This document shows positions 52,945-62,350 of a stretch of 64,000 nucleotides of DNA, piece after piece. The DNA comes from Bacilli bacterium. GTDB taxonomy: Bacteria > Bacillota_I > Bacilli_A > RF39 > UBA660. The notes beneath the pieces were generated by a model, which saw only the letters and a list, made by a program, of their open reading frames with translations, had not been told where the DNA came from and made no database searches. The stretch is from the NCBI GenBank assembly GCA_017617435.1, contig JAFZWF010000010.1, positions 11,952 to 75,951 on the forward strand, written 5' to 3'. How positions within the stretch are numbered: position 1 is the stretch's first letter; every line of letters begins with the position of its first letter. Both the position numbers and the translations under genes were made by a program.

Positions 52945-54957
52945 ATGAAAGATAGAAAAAGATTGTTTACAATTATAGGTGGAGTAACAGCAGCAATATT
53001 AATTGCTGTTTTAGCCTTTAATTTTATTAATGATAAAAATAAATTAAATAAGAATGAGAAAAACTGGATTGCATCTAATTTAAATAATATTCAAAATATT
53101 AACATTATAAATAATGCTAATATTTTTGGAGATAATGGCTTAGGTGTCTTTTATGATTTTCTAAAGGATTTTCAAACTGAATATCGTATAAAAATTAATC
53201 CTGTTACATTCCTTTATGGAGAAGATGTAAGTGGTAATACATTTACATCAGGAAATGAAATTAATGAAGATTCATTAGTTTTCTATGAAGATCATTATGT
53301 AATAGTTGGAAAAGATAAAAATGTTCATGTTAATTCTTCAGAGTTTAATCAATATGAAATTGGTATCTTACAATCTGATGAAGGTTATTTAAAAAGTGTA
53401 GCATCTTTTTATAATTATAGAGTTTATGAAAATAGTGCTAAATTATTTGAAGCTTTAAAAAATGGAGAAATTCCTTATGTTATGATTTCACTATATCGTG
53501 GACTTGATGATATTTTGTCTAACGATTTATATATTAATTATCATTTGAGTGATATTAAATATTATTACTATTTTAATGGTGTTAAAGATGATGTTTTGGC
53601 TTCTATAATTCGTAAGTACTTTAATGTTTGGAGTAAGAGATACTTTGAAGAAGTTTTAAATAATAATAAATTTGTTGCTATAACAGATTCACTTAATTTA
53701 AGTGATGCAGACGTATCTAATATTTTATCTAAAACATATAATTATGGATTTATTAATCAAAACCCATATGAAGTAATAACAGGTGGCAACTTTGGCGGTA
53801 TTTCTGCTGTATATTTAAAACATTTCTCAGAATTTTCTGGAATAGATTTTAAATTCCATAAGTATGGTAATGCAAATAAATTTAAAAAAGCTATAAAAAG
53901 TAATGCAATCGATATTTATTTAAATTATTATGTTTTTGATGATAATTATACTGACATTTATAACATGAATGGAGTTAGTTTTGATATAGTTGCTCCTATA
54001 AAAGAAAATGTTGTAATTAATAATCTAAACGTTGGAAACAGTTATGATGTCTACGTACTAAAATCTAGCAAGATAGCTAGATACTTAAAAGATAATTCTA
54101 ACGTAAACATTTACTACTATGAAACTATAAAAGAAATGTTAAAACTTGCTAAAAAGGGTAAAATAATAGCTCTTGATAGTGAAACATTTAGTTATTTCCA
54201 TAGAAATAAATTAAAGAATTACGAAAGTAGATATAGCGTACAAATAAATGATTCATATACATTTAAAGTAAAAGGATCAGAAAGTTTCAAAAAATTACTT
54301 TCTGCATATATTCAAACTCTTGATCCAAAATTAATTGTTTATGAAGGAATAAATAATCATAATAAAACAGTTCATAAAGGTGAAGTGCTTGCTCAAGTTG
54401 CTGAATACTTTATTTACTTACTTATTTTAAGTGCCTTATTCTTAACTTTCTTCTATAAAAAATCTAAGAAAGTTACTGTTGCTAAAAAGATTAAAAATGA
54501 TGAGAAAATAAAATATATAGATATGTTAACAAGCTTAAAGAATAGAAATTATTTAAGCGAGAACATGGAAATATGGAATAATAACAAAGTATATCCTCAA
54601 ACAATGATTGTCATTGATTTAAATAACATCGCTTATTTAAATGATCGTAAAGGTTATGAAGCAGGAGATAAACAAATTGCTGCAATGGCTAATATTTTAA
54701 TTAAAACTCAACTTGATAATTCAGATATTATGCGTACCAATGGTAATGAATTTTTAATTTATTTAGTTGGATATCAACAAAAACATATTGTTAACTATAT
54801 CCATAAATTAACTAAAGAAATGAAAAAACTTCCTTATGAATTTGGTGCTGCTATTGGATATAGTATGATAACTGATGATATCAAAACTATAGAGGATGCC
54901 ATAAACGAAGCCCTTGAAGATATGAAAAAACAAAAGGCAAAGAGTAAAGAGGTTTAA
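52945..54957 (+). CDS. Membrane protein with large extracytoplasmic (solute-binding-like) domain and C-terminal degenerate GGDEF domain
   Basis: 670-aa ORF. TM1 near residues 8-28, TM2 YFIYLLILSALFLTFF. GGDEF-domain hallmarks DMLTSLKNRNYL, DLNNIAYLNDRKGYEAGDKQI. The active-site pentapeptide reads NGNEF (54739-54753) instead of GG(D/E)EF. Confidence 0.8.
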   Translation: MKDRKRLFTIIGGVTAAILIAVLAFNFINDKNKLNKNEKNWIASNLNNIQNINIINNANIFGDNGLGVFYDFLKDFQTEYRIKINPVTFLYGEDVSGNTFTSGNEINEDSLVFYEDHYVIVGKDKNVHVNSSEFNQYEIGILQSDEGYLKSVASFYNYRVYENSAKLFEALKNGEIPYVMISLYRGLDDILSNDLYINYHLSDIKYYYYFNGVKDDVLASIIRKYFNVWSKRYFEEVLNNNKFVAITDSLNLSDADVSNILSKTYNYGFINQNPYEVITGGNFGGISAVYLKHFSEFSGIDFKFHKYGNANKFKKAIKSNAIDIYLNYYVFDDNYTDIYNMNGVSFDIVAPIKENVVINNLNVGNSYDVYVLKSSKIARYLKDNSNVNIYYYETIKEMLKLAKKGKIIALDSETFSYFHRNKLKNYESRYSVQINDSYTFKVKGSESFKKLLSAYIQTLDPKLIVYEGINNHNKTVHKGEVLAQVAEYFIYLLILSALFLTFFYKKSKKVTVAKKIKNDEKIKYIDMLTSLKNRNYLSENMEIWNNNKVYPQTMIVIDLNNIAYLNDRKGYEAGDKQIAAMANILIKTQLDNSDIMRTNGNEFLIYLVGYQQKHIVNYIHKLTKEMKKLPYEFGAAIGYSMITDDIKTIEDAINEALEDMKKQKAKSKEV

Positions 54958-54958
54958 G

Positions 54959-55813
54959 TTGAAAAATTTTAAGGAAAGTATTGTTACTTATTTTAAGAAT
55001 TTTAAAGCTGCTTTATTTAAACCAGAAATGTTGGTATTACCTGGTCAACTTGCGTTTTTCTTCATTCTTTCTATTGTACCAACAATAACACTTATTGGTA
55101 TAGGTGCAGGTTTACTTAATTTATCAACAGATGTTATATATAACTTTATTAGAACAGCTTTTAATGAAGGTATAGCAAGTGTTTTAGTTGCAAATCCTTC
55201 TCATGCACTTGGATTTAAATATATCTTTACTATGATAGTTGGTTATTATTTTGCATCTAACGGAGCTGCTTCAATAATAGTTACTTCGAATACAATTTAT
55301 GGTATTGAAAATAACTCATTTATAAAAAGAAGAATAAAAGCTATGTTAATGACAATTATTATAATACTTCTATTTATATTTATGATTATTGTTCCAGTAC
55401 TTGGATCTAAAATTACTGAAATGATTGCTTTTGTTAACATGAAACAATCTGTTACTGATAAGATATTAATGGTATTTAATTTCTTAAAAGGACCTATAAC
55501 ATGGTTTATTATGTTTGTCTTTATTAAAATGATTTATACAATGGCACCTGATAAAAAAATAGAAAGTAGATATGTTAATAAAGGAGCAATATTTACAACT
55601 ATTGGTTGGGTACTTGCAACTAACATATATAGTTATTACATAGGTCACTATGCTAAATATGATGTTTTCTATGGTGGACTTGCTAATATAATCGTTTTAA
55701 TGTTATGGTTCTTAATTCTTGCTTATATTTTAACAATAGGTATTGCAGTTAATCATAAAGTAGAAGAAGAAGAACTGGAAAAAACTAGTAAAATAAATGT
55801 TATAAAAGAGTAA
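54959..55813 (+). CDS. YihY/BrkB (virulence factor BrkB) family membrane protein
   Basis: TTG start 1 nt after the preceding stop, AAAGAGG RBS. Six TM helices. N-terminal PGQLAFFFILSIVPTITLIG is typical of YihY. Confidence 0.75.
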   Translation: MKNFKESIVTYFKNFKAALFKPEMLVLPGQLAFFFILSIVPTITLIGIGAGLLNLSTDVIYNFIRTAFNEGIASVLVANPSHALGFKYIFTMIVGYYFASNGAASIIVTSNTIYGIENNSFIKRRIKAMLMTIIIILLFIFMIIVPVLGSKITEMIAFVNMKQSVTDKILMVFNFLKGPITWFIMFVFIKMIYTMAPDKKIESRYVNKGAIFTTIGWVLATNIYSYYIGHYAKYDVFYGGLANIIVLMLWFLILAYILTIGIAVNHKVEEEELEKTSKINVIKE

Positions 55814-55901
55814 ATAATACTATTATGTACACAGGTATTACTTAGTACATAATTAGTTCTTGATAATATTAATTGTTTAATAATATTAGGAAGTAATATC
55901 T

Positions 55902-55934
55902 AAAAAAGAAGAATGAATAATTTCTTCTTTTTTT
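55902..55934 (+). terminator. Rho-independent terminator
   Basis: AAGAAGAA-N8-TTCTTCTT followed by a T-run. Confidence 0.55.
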
Positions 55935-55956
55935 AATTTTAATGTATATATTATTG

Positions 55957-55965
55957 TGTTATAAT
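55957..55965 (+). promoter_or_regulatory. Extended -10 element TGTTATAAT
   Basis: TGnTATAAT with 22 nt between its 3' end and the ATG at 55988. Confidence 0.45.
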
Positions 55966-55987
55966 ACTAAATAGGAAAGTGGTACAA

Positions 55988-57934
55988 ATGAAAAGAATAC
56001 TTAATAAAAAAAGTAATACTTTATGCGCATATAGTTTTTTAATAATTTCTCTTGAAATTATTTTTAAATTATTAATGTTTCATAGAATTAATTTAGATTC
56101 TATTTTGTATACAATAATCTTTTCACTTCCAATAATTTTATTTTTTACAATACTTACTAATTTCTTTCGTGAAAAGATTAATAAAATTATTTTTTATGTG
56201 TCACTATTTTTGATAACTTTTTTATATTTGTTTCAATATGTATTTTATAGATTATTTAGTGTAACTTTTTCATTTCACACAATAGGTCTTGCTAATCAAG
56301 CAGCTGATTTTTCAAGTATTATTATTGATTCAATAAAAATGTATTATTTAGAGATTCTTGCAATGATTGCACCACTTATTATAATTTTGATTTTCAGAAG
56401 ATTAATTAAGTTTTATAAATTAATAAAACAAGTTAAAATTATGGGTTTAGTTATCTTTTTAATTTTAATAGGTTTATCAATTCTATCTCTTGGTTTAAAT
56501 AAAGATGGCTTATATTCTGCGTATAATTTATATTATAAAGTAAATGCTGAAGAGAAAAATATTGAGAAGTTTGGTTTACTTACTGCTATGAGACTTGATA
56601 TTGAACATGTTGTTTTTGGTTTTGATGAATCTTTTGTTATGACTAGTGCAAAAAAAGATGATGACCAAAAAGATAAAGAAAAAATTGTTGCTTATAATGT
56701 ATCTGATTTAGACTTTAAAGCATTATCTGAGAATGAATCTAATAATAATTTAAAGAAATTATATAGTTATTTTGATTCTGTAAGTCCTACTAATCAAAAT
56801 GATTATACAGGATATTTTAAAGGTAAAAATCTTGTTTTTATACTTGCTGAGGGATTTAATAGTATTGCTGTATCTGAAGAACTTACACCAAATTTATATA
56901 AACTTGTAAATAATGGTTTTGTGTTTAATAACTATTATTCACCAGTATTTTTAAGTACAACCGGTGGCGAGTTCCAAGCAACTACAGGTTTAATACCTAA
57001 TCAAGAAATTCTTAAAGTTTGGAAAAGCAGATCACCTAAAATTAGTTATGCTTTAGGAAATCAATTTAGTAAACTTGGTTATAATGTTAATGCATATCAT
57101 GATTGGACTTATTCTTATTATGATAGACATAAAACTATGCTTACACTTGGATATAATAATTACTTAGCATGTCATAATGGACTTGAAAAGGAAATGTCTT
57201 GTAAATGGCTTCCAAGTGATGATGAGTTAATGAATGTTACTGTACCTAAGTATTCTGATTCTGAACAGTTTATGACTTATTATGTTTCTGTTAGTGGTCA
57301 TGCACCATATAATTTTGGTGGTGGAAATTCAATGGCTGTTAGAAATAAATCACTTGTTAAAGATTTACCATATTCTGATGCTGTTAAAGCTTATATTGCA
57401 TCTCAAATTGAATTTGATAAATCTATTGGTACACTTATTCAAAAACTTGAAGAAGCAGGAAAACTTGATGATACTGTAATAGTTATTACAGGGGACCACT
57501 ATCCATATACTCTATCTACTGATGAAATTAATGAAGTAAGTAGTTATAAAAGGGATGGTATTGTTGAGGTTAATCACAGTAATTTAATTATTTGGAATAA
57601 TCAAATGGAAAAACCAATAGTTATAGATAAAGTGGGTTCACAAATTGATGTTTTACCAACTCTTTTAAATCTATTTGGTATTGATTATGACTCAAGATTA
57701 ATTGTTGGTAAAGATATATTAAGTGATGCACCAGGCCTTGCAATTTTCTCTAACCGTAGCTGGGTATCTGATAAAGGTACATACTTTGCTAGTGGTAAGA
57801 AGTTTGTTCCAAAAGATGGAGTAACTGTTGATGATGATTACGTAGAAAATATGAACGTTGAAGTAGCTAATCGTTTTACTGTAAGTGGTCAGATTATAAA
57901 TAACAATATATATAGTAAATTATTAGGAGAATAA
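55988..57934 (+). CDS. LTA synthase / sulfatase-family phosphoglycerol (or similar) transferase with N-terminal polytopic membrane domain
   Basis: The track ORF starts at GTG 55979; ATG 55988 is likelier. About five TM helices, then a sulfatase-like ectodomain (NLVFILAEGFNS, STTGGEFQATTG, VSGHAPY, ITGDHYPY). Confidence 0.8.
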   Translation: MKRILNKKSNTLCAYSFLIISLEIIFKLLMFHRINLDSILYTIIFSLPIILFFTILTNFFREKINKIIFYVSLFLITFLYLFQYVFYRLFSVTFSFHTIGLANQAADFSSIIIDSIKMYYLEILAMIAPLIIILIFRRLIKFYKLIKQVKIMGLVIFLILIGLSILSLGLNKDGLYSAYNLYYKVNAEEKNIEKFGLLTAMRLDIEHVVFGFDESFVMTSAKKDDDQKDKEKIVAYNVSDLDFKALSENESNNNLKKLYSYFDSVSPTNQNDYTGYFKGKNLVFILAEGFNSIAVSEELTPNLYKLVNNGFVFNNYYSPVFLSTTGGEFQATTGLIPNQEILKVWKSRSPKISYALGNQFSKLGYNVNAYHDWTYSYYDRHKTMLTLGYNNYLACHNGLEKEMSCKWLPSDDELMNVTVPKYSDSEQFMTYYVSVSGHAPYNFGGGNSMAVRNKSLVKDLPYSDAVKAYIASQIEFDKSIGTLIQKLEEAGKLDDTVIVITGDHYPYTLSTDEINEVSSYKRDGIVEVNHSNLIIWNNQMEKPIVIDKVGSQIDVLPTLLNLFGIDYDSRLIVGKDILSDAPGLAIFSNRSWVSDKGTYFASGKKFVPKDGVTVDDDYVENMNVEVANRFTVSGQIINNNIYSKLLGE

Positions 57935-57935
57935 T

Positions 57936-59762
57936 ATGTGTGGAATAGCTGGATTTATAAATGGCAAAGACAATAAAAAAGACGTAATAAAAAAGATGAC
58001 TGATAGAATTATTCATCGTGGACCTGACGCAGAAGGGTTTTATATAGATGATAACATCGCTCTTGGTCATCGCCGTCTTTCTATTATTGATTTAAGTAGT
58101 GGAGATCAACCTATTTATAATGAGGATAAAACAATTGTAACTGTTTTTAATGGTGAAATATATAACTATTTAGAACTTAAAAGTGAACTAACAAAATGCG
58201 GTCATAAATTTAAAACTAATTGTGACACTGAAGTGCTAGTTCATGGTTATGAAGAATGGAAAGAAGAACTTCCTAAAAAATTAAGAGGTATGTTTGCTTT
58301 TGCTATTTATGATATTAAAGAAAAAGTGTTATTTTTAGTAAGAGACAATTTTGGTATTAAACCTTTATACTTTTATAATAATAATGGAACGTTTATGTTT
58401 GCATCTGAAATCAAATCATTTTTAGAACATGAAGATTTTGTAAAAGAACTTAATAAAGAAATAATTCCATCTTATATGTCATTTAGTTTTACACCTACTA
58501 AAGAAACATTATTTAAAGGTGTTTATAGAGTTGATTCTGGAACTTATATGGTTATAAAGAATGGAAAAATAAAAACTGATAGATATTTTAATATATCATT
58601 TAATATCAAAAAAGATACATATGAAAAAACAGTTGATGATATTGATAAATTAATGCATGAATCGGTTGAAAAACACATGATTAGTGATGTTGAAGTTGGT
58701 TCATTTTTATCAAGTGGTATTGATTCATCTTATTTAGTTGCACTTGCTAAACCTGATAAAACATATACAGTTGGTTATAGTGATAAAAAGTATAATGAAA
58801 TCGAATATGCTAAAGATTTAACTAGTAAATTATCTATAAATAATACAAGTAAAATTATTAATAAAGAAGAATATTTAGATATAATTCAAAAAATTATGTA
58901 TCATCTAGATGAACCTACAGCAGATCCTGCAGCTGTTGCTCTTTATTTTGTTGCTGAACTTGCAAGTAAAGATGTTAAGGTTGTTTTATCTGGAGAAGGT
59001 GCCGATGAATTTTTTGGCGGATATAATTTTTATAGGTCTGATGTAGATGTTTCTTGGTATAATAAAGTCCCTAGATTTATTCGAAGAGGTATTGCTAAAC
59101 TTTGTTTACATTTACCAGAAATTAAAGGTTTAAACTTCTTGGTCAGAAGAGGTTTAACTTTAGAAGAAAACTATATTGGAGTTAATAAAGTTTATAGTGA
59201 AAGAGAAGCAAAGAAAATTTATAAATATCATGACTATATCAAGAATCAAGATATAACAAAAGAAGTATACGATGAATTTAAAAATAGTGATGATATAACT
59301 AAGATGCAAGCAATCGATATTAATTTTTGGTTAATAAAAGATATTTTACAAAAGGCAGATAGAATGACAATGGCACACTCACTTGAAGGAAGGGTACCAT
59401 TTATTGATAAAGAAGTATTTAAGTATGCTTCAAGTTTACCTATTGAATATAAAGTAACAAAAGAAAATACTAAAGTTGCTTTAAGAGATGCTGCTAAAAG
59501 GGTTATACCAACTGAAGCTTATAAGAAGAAAAAATTAGGTTTTCCAGTTCCTCTTAGATCTTGGATGAAGGATGATGATTTCTATAATGAGATTAAAAGA
59601 GTATTTAATCTTGATATAGCAAAAGAATTATTTAATGTTAAACATTTAGTAAAACTTTTAGATAATCATCGAAAAGGAAAAAAAGATAATTATAAAAAGG
59701 TATGGACTATATATTGCTTTTTAAGGTGGTATGAAGTTTATTTTATTAAAGAAAATATCTAA
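57936..59762 (+). CDS. asnB: Asparagine synthase (glutamine-hydrolysing) family amidotransferase
   Basis: Starts 1 nt after the preceding stop. MCGIAGF N-terminal nucleophile, HRGPD, PP-loop FLSSGIDSS, SGEGADEFFGGY. Confidence 0.9.
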   Translation: MCGIAGFINGKDNKKDVIKKMTDRIIHRGPDAEGFYIDDNIALGHRRLSIIDLSSGDQPIYNEDKTIVTVFNGEIYNYLELKSELTKCGHKFKTNCDTEVLVHGYEEWKEELPKKLRGMFAFAIYDIKEKVLFLVRDNFGIKPLYFYNNNGTFMFASEIKSFLEHEDFVKELNKEIIPSYMSFSFTPTKETLFKGVYRVDSGTYMVIKNGKIKTDRYFNISFNIKKDTYEKTVDDIDKLMHESVEKHMISDVEVGSFLSSGIDSSYLVALAKPDKTYTVGYSDKKYNEIEYAKDLTSKLSINNTSKIINKEEYLDIIQKIMYHLDEPTADPAAVALYFVAELASKDVKVVLSGEGADEFFGGYNFYRSDVDVSWYNKVPRFIRRGIAKLCLHLPEIKGLNFLVRRGLTLEENYIGVNKVYSEREAKKIYKYHDYIKNQDITKEVYDEFKNSDDITKMQAIDINFWLIKDILQKADRMTMAHSLEGRVPFIDKEVFKYASSLPIEYKVTKENTKVALRDAAKRVIPTEAYKKKKLGFPVPLRSWMKDDDFYNEIKRVFNLDIAKELFNVKHLVKLLDNHRKGKKDNYKKVWTIYCFLRWYEVYFIKENI

Positions 59763-59778
59763 CAAGATATTTTTTTTA
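59753..59778 (+). terminator. Rho-independent terminator after asnB
   Basis: AAATATCT-AACA-AGATATTT followed by T7. The stop codon lies in the loop region. Confidence 0.6.
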
Positions 59779-59789
59779 ATGTCTATATT

Positions 59790-59798
59790 TGATATAAT
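59790..59798 (+). promoter_or_regulatory. Extended -10 element TGATATAAT
   Basis: TGnTATAAT with 26 nt between its 3' end and the ATG at 59825. Confidence 0.45.
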
Positions 59799-59824
59799 AA
59801 TATGGTATGTAAGGAGTTGTTAAC

Positions 59825-60565
59825 ATGACTATAATTGTTTTATTATTATCTCTTTTAATGGGTCTATCTTTTATAGTTGGTTCTTTTTTAACTAAGAAAA
59901 TTAAAAGTAAAGCACTTTCATATTTTTCTCTTAGTTTGGCATTTATGATATTTATGGCTGTGTTATTTACAGATATAGTTCCAGAAATAGTTGAACAAAC
60001 GACAACTTATAACCAGTTATGTCTTGTAATATGTTCAATAATATTTGGTATTGGTATTTTGTTTATAATAGATTTATTTGTTCCACATCATCATCATGAA
60101 CATGAACATAATGATGAAAACAAAACAGAGCACAAGAAACATTTGTATCATATTGGTTTATTAACACTAATATCTGTTTTAATGCACAATATGTTTGAAG
60201 GTATAGCTTTTTATGCAATAGCAATGGCGTCAATTAAATCTGCACTTATTGCAGCTGGTGGAATAGCACTACATAATATACCACTTGGTATTGAAATATC
60301 TACGTCTTTTAAAAATAAAAAAGATAATGCACTTCTAAGAAATATGCTTTTAATATTATCTGGAACTGTTGGAGCATTTATAGGTTTTTTAATAGGTGAA
60401 TTAAATACTACACTTAATATATGTATTTTATCTGTAACATGTGGAATGATGCTTTATACTGGTCTAATTGAACTTGGTAGTGAGACAATAAAAGATATTA
60501 AAGAAAAAGGTATAATCGAAGGTTTACTAGTTGGGGCAATAATATTTGTTTTAATGATAATGTAA
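59825..60565 (+). CDS. ZIP-family divalent metal transporter (ZupT-like) with His-rich loop
   Basis: 246-aa eight-TM ORF. Loop HHHHEHEHNDENKTEHKKH. HNMFEGIAF and HNIPLGIEIS metal-site motifs. Confidence 0.85.
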   Translation: MTIIVLLLSLLMGLSFIVGSFLTKKIKSKALSYFSLSLAFMIFMAVLFTDIVPEIVEQTTTYNQLCLVICSIIFGIGILFIIDLFVPHHHHEHEHNDENKTEHKKHLYHIGLLTLISVLMHNMFEGIAFYAIAMASIKSALIAAGGIALHNIPLGIEISTSFKNKKDNALLRNMLLILSGTVGAFIGFLIGELNTTLNICILSVTCGMMLYTGLIELGSETIKDIKEKGIIEGLLVGAIIFVLMIM

Positions 60566-60569
60566 GGAT

Positions 60570-61508
60570 GTGAAGATATTGAAAAAAGTTTTAATTACTG
60601 GTGCAGCGGGTACTTTAGGTAGAAAAGTACTAAAATATATTTTAAGTGAAGGAAAATACGATGTTTATGCTATCGACCTAAACACAAGACATAATCGTCA
60701 TGTTTTAAGAAAATATCGTAAAAGAGTTAAAGTCATATATGGTGATGTTGCAAAAAGTGAAATAATGGAAGATGCACTTAAAGAATGTGACTTTGTAATA
60801 CATCTTGCTGGTGTTAATCCACCACTTGCTGATTTAAATGATAATTTGAGTTATGAGGTTGATTATAAGGGAACTGAAAATATAGTTCGTATCTTAGATT
60901 TTTATAATCAAAATTGTCATTTACTTTATGCATCAACTGCATCAGTATATGGAAAGCAAAATTTAGAAGAAGTGTCTGTTAATACTAAAATTGATGAAGA
61001 ATCACTTAATCCTTACGCTAAATATAAATATCAATCTGAACTATTAATAAAAGAAAAATTAAAGAATTATTCAATTTATCGTTTACCAATAATTTTATCT
61101 AATCCAATTTGTGACAATTACATATTTTCATATAATGTAAATGCAAAATTTGAAGTTGTTTCAGATGAAGATGCTGGCTATATGTTTGCAAGAGCACTTG
61201 ACAAAATTGATGAACTTAATAAAAAAACATTCAATGTTGGTGGTGGAGAACCATCTATTACAACAGGTAAGAATTTAAATAATAAAATGCTTCAAAATTT
61301 TGGTTTATCAGGAAAATATATTAAAACAAAATTATTTATAGATAAGAATTTTAATTCATATATATTTAAAGATAGTGATAAATTAGATGAGATTTTATCA
61401 TTTAGAAATGATTCAATTGATTCATTTTTCTTAAGAAGAAAAAGAAATGCGAAAAAATATTATATAAGAAAATTTATTGGTAAATTATTTATTAAAAAAG
61501 AAAACTAA
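60570..61508 (+). CDS. NAD-dependent epimerase/dehydratase (extended SDR) family protein
   Basis: VLITGAAGTLG Rossmann motif and YAKYKYQSE (YxxxK). The start is GTG 60570 or TTG 60579. Confidence 0.8.
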   Translation: MKILKKVLITGAAGTLGRKVLKYILSEGKYDVYAIDLNTRHNRHVLRKYRKRVKVIYGDVAKSEIMEDALKECDFVIHLAGVNPPLADLNDNLSYEVDYKGTENIVRILDFYNQNCHLLYASTASVYGKQNLEEVSVNTKIDEESLNPYAKYKYQSELLIKEKLKNYSIYRLPIILSNPICDNYIFSYNVNAKFEVVSDEDAGYMFARALDKIDELNKKTFNVGGGEPSITTGKNLNNKMLQNFGLSGKYIKTKLFIDKNFNSYIFKDSDKLDEILSFRNDSIDSFFLRRKRNAKKYYIRKFIGKLFIKKEN

Positions 61509-61531
61509 TATAGTGACATATTATAAATTTT

Positions 61532-61540
61532 TGTTATAAT
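61532..61540 (+). promoter_or_regulatory. Extended -10 element TGTTATAAT
   Basis: TGnTATAAT with 31 nt between its 3' end and the ATG at 61572. Confidence 0.45.
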
Positions 61541-61571
61541 ATACTAGCTATATAAAAAAGGACGTGTAAAT

Positions 61572-62288
61572 ATGGGAAGAGCATATGAAGTAAGAAAAGC
61601 AAGTATTGCAAAAACTGGAGCTGCAAAAGCAAAGCTATATTCAAATTTTGCAAAAGAAATTTATTTAGTTGCAAAAAAAGGTGTTCCTGATCCAGATTGT
61701 AATATTGATTTAAAACATTTAATAGATAAAGCAAAGAAACAACAAGTTCCTGCTGATATCATTAATAGAGCTATTGATAAAGCTAAAGGTGCTGGAGGAG
61801 AAGAATACGAAGTAATTACTTATGAAGGATTTGGACCTGGTGCTTCTACGTTGATTATTAGAACTATGACTGATAATGTTAATAGAACTGTTGGTTTTGT
61901 TAGAGCAGCATTTAATAAAGTTAATAAGAGTTTAGGTGTAACCAATAGTGTTTCATATAACTATGATCATTTAGGAATGCTAGGACTTAAAACTGATAAA
62001 GGAGAAGAACTTTTTGAAAAACTACTAGATGCAGGAATTAATCTAGTTGATTTTGAAGATGAAGATGGATATGTACTTATGAGTGTTAATCCATCAGAGT
62101 TTAATCAATTAAAACAAGAAGTAGAAAAGATTATACCTAATCCAGATTACGAAATAGATGAAGTTGGTATGTATGCTAAAAATAAAGTTACTCTTGAGGG
62201 AGAAGATTTAGAACTATTTAATAGACTTTATAATCTCCTTGATGAAATTGAGGATGTTACAGATATATATCACAATGTAAATTTATAA
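61572..62288 (+). CDS. yebC: YebC/PmpR family DNA-binding transcriptional regulator
   Basis: 238-aa ORF. MGRAYEVRKASIAKTGAAKAKLYSNFAKEIYLVAKKG...INRAIDKAKG...YEGFGPGASTLII matches the family pattern. Confidence 0.88.
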   Translation: MGRAYEVRKASIAKTGAAKAKLYSNFAKEIYLVAKKGVPDPDCNIDLKHLIDKAKKQQVPADIINRAIDKAKGAGGEEYEVITYEGFGPGASTLIIRTMTDNVNRTVGFVRAAFNKVNKSLGVTNSVSYNYDHLGMLGLKTDKGEELFEKLLDAGINLVDFEDEDGYVLMSVNPSEFNQLKQEVEKIIPNPDYEIDEVGMYAKNKVTLEGEDLELFNRLYNLLDEIEDVTDIYHNVNL

Positions 62289-62317
62289 AAAAGTCAGTCT
62301 ACTACTGATTTTTTTTA

Positions 62318-62326
62318 TGATATAAT
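62318..62326 (+). promoter_or_regulatory. Extended -10 element TGATATAAT
   Basis: TGnTATAAT with 24 nt between its 3' end and the ATG at 62351. Confidence 0.45.
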
Positions 62327-62350
62327 ACTTATAGAATATGAGGGATATGT

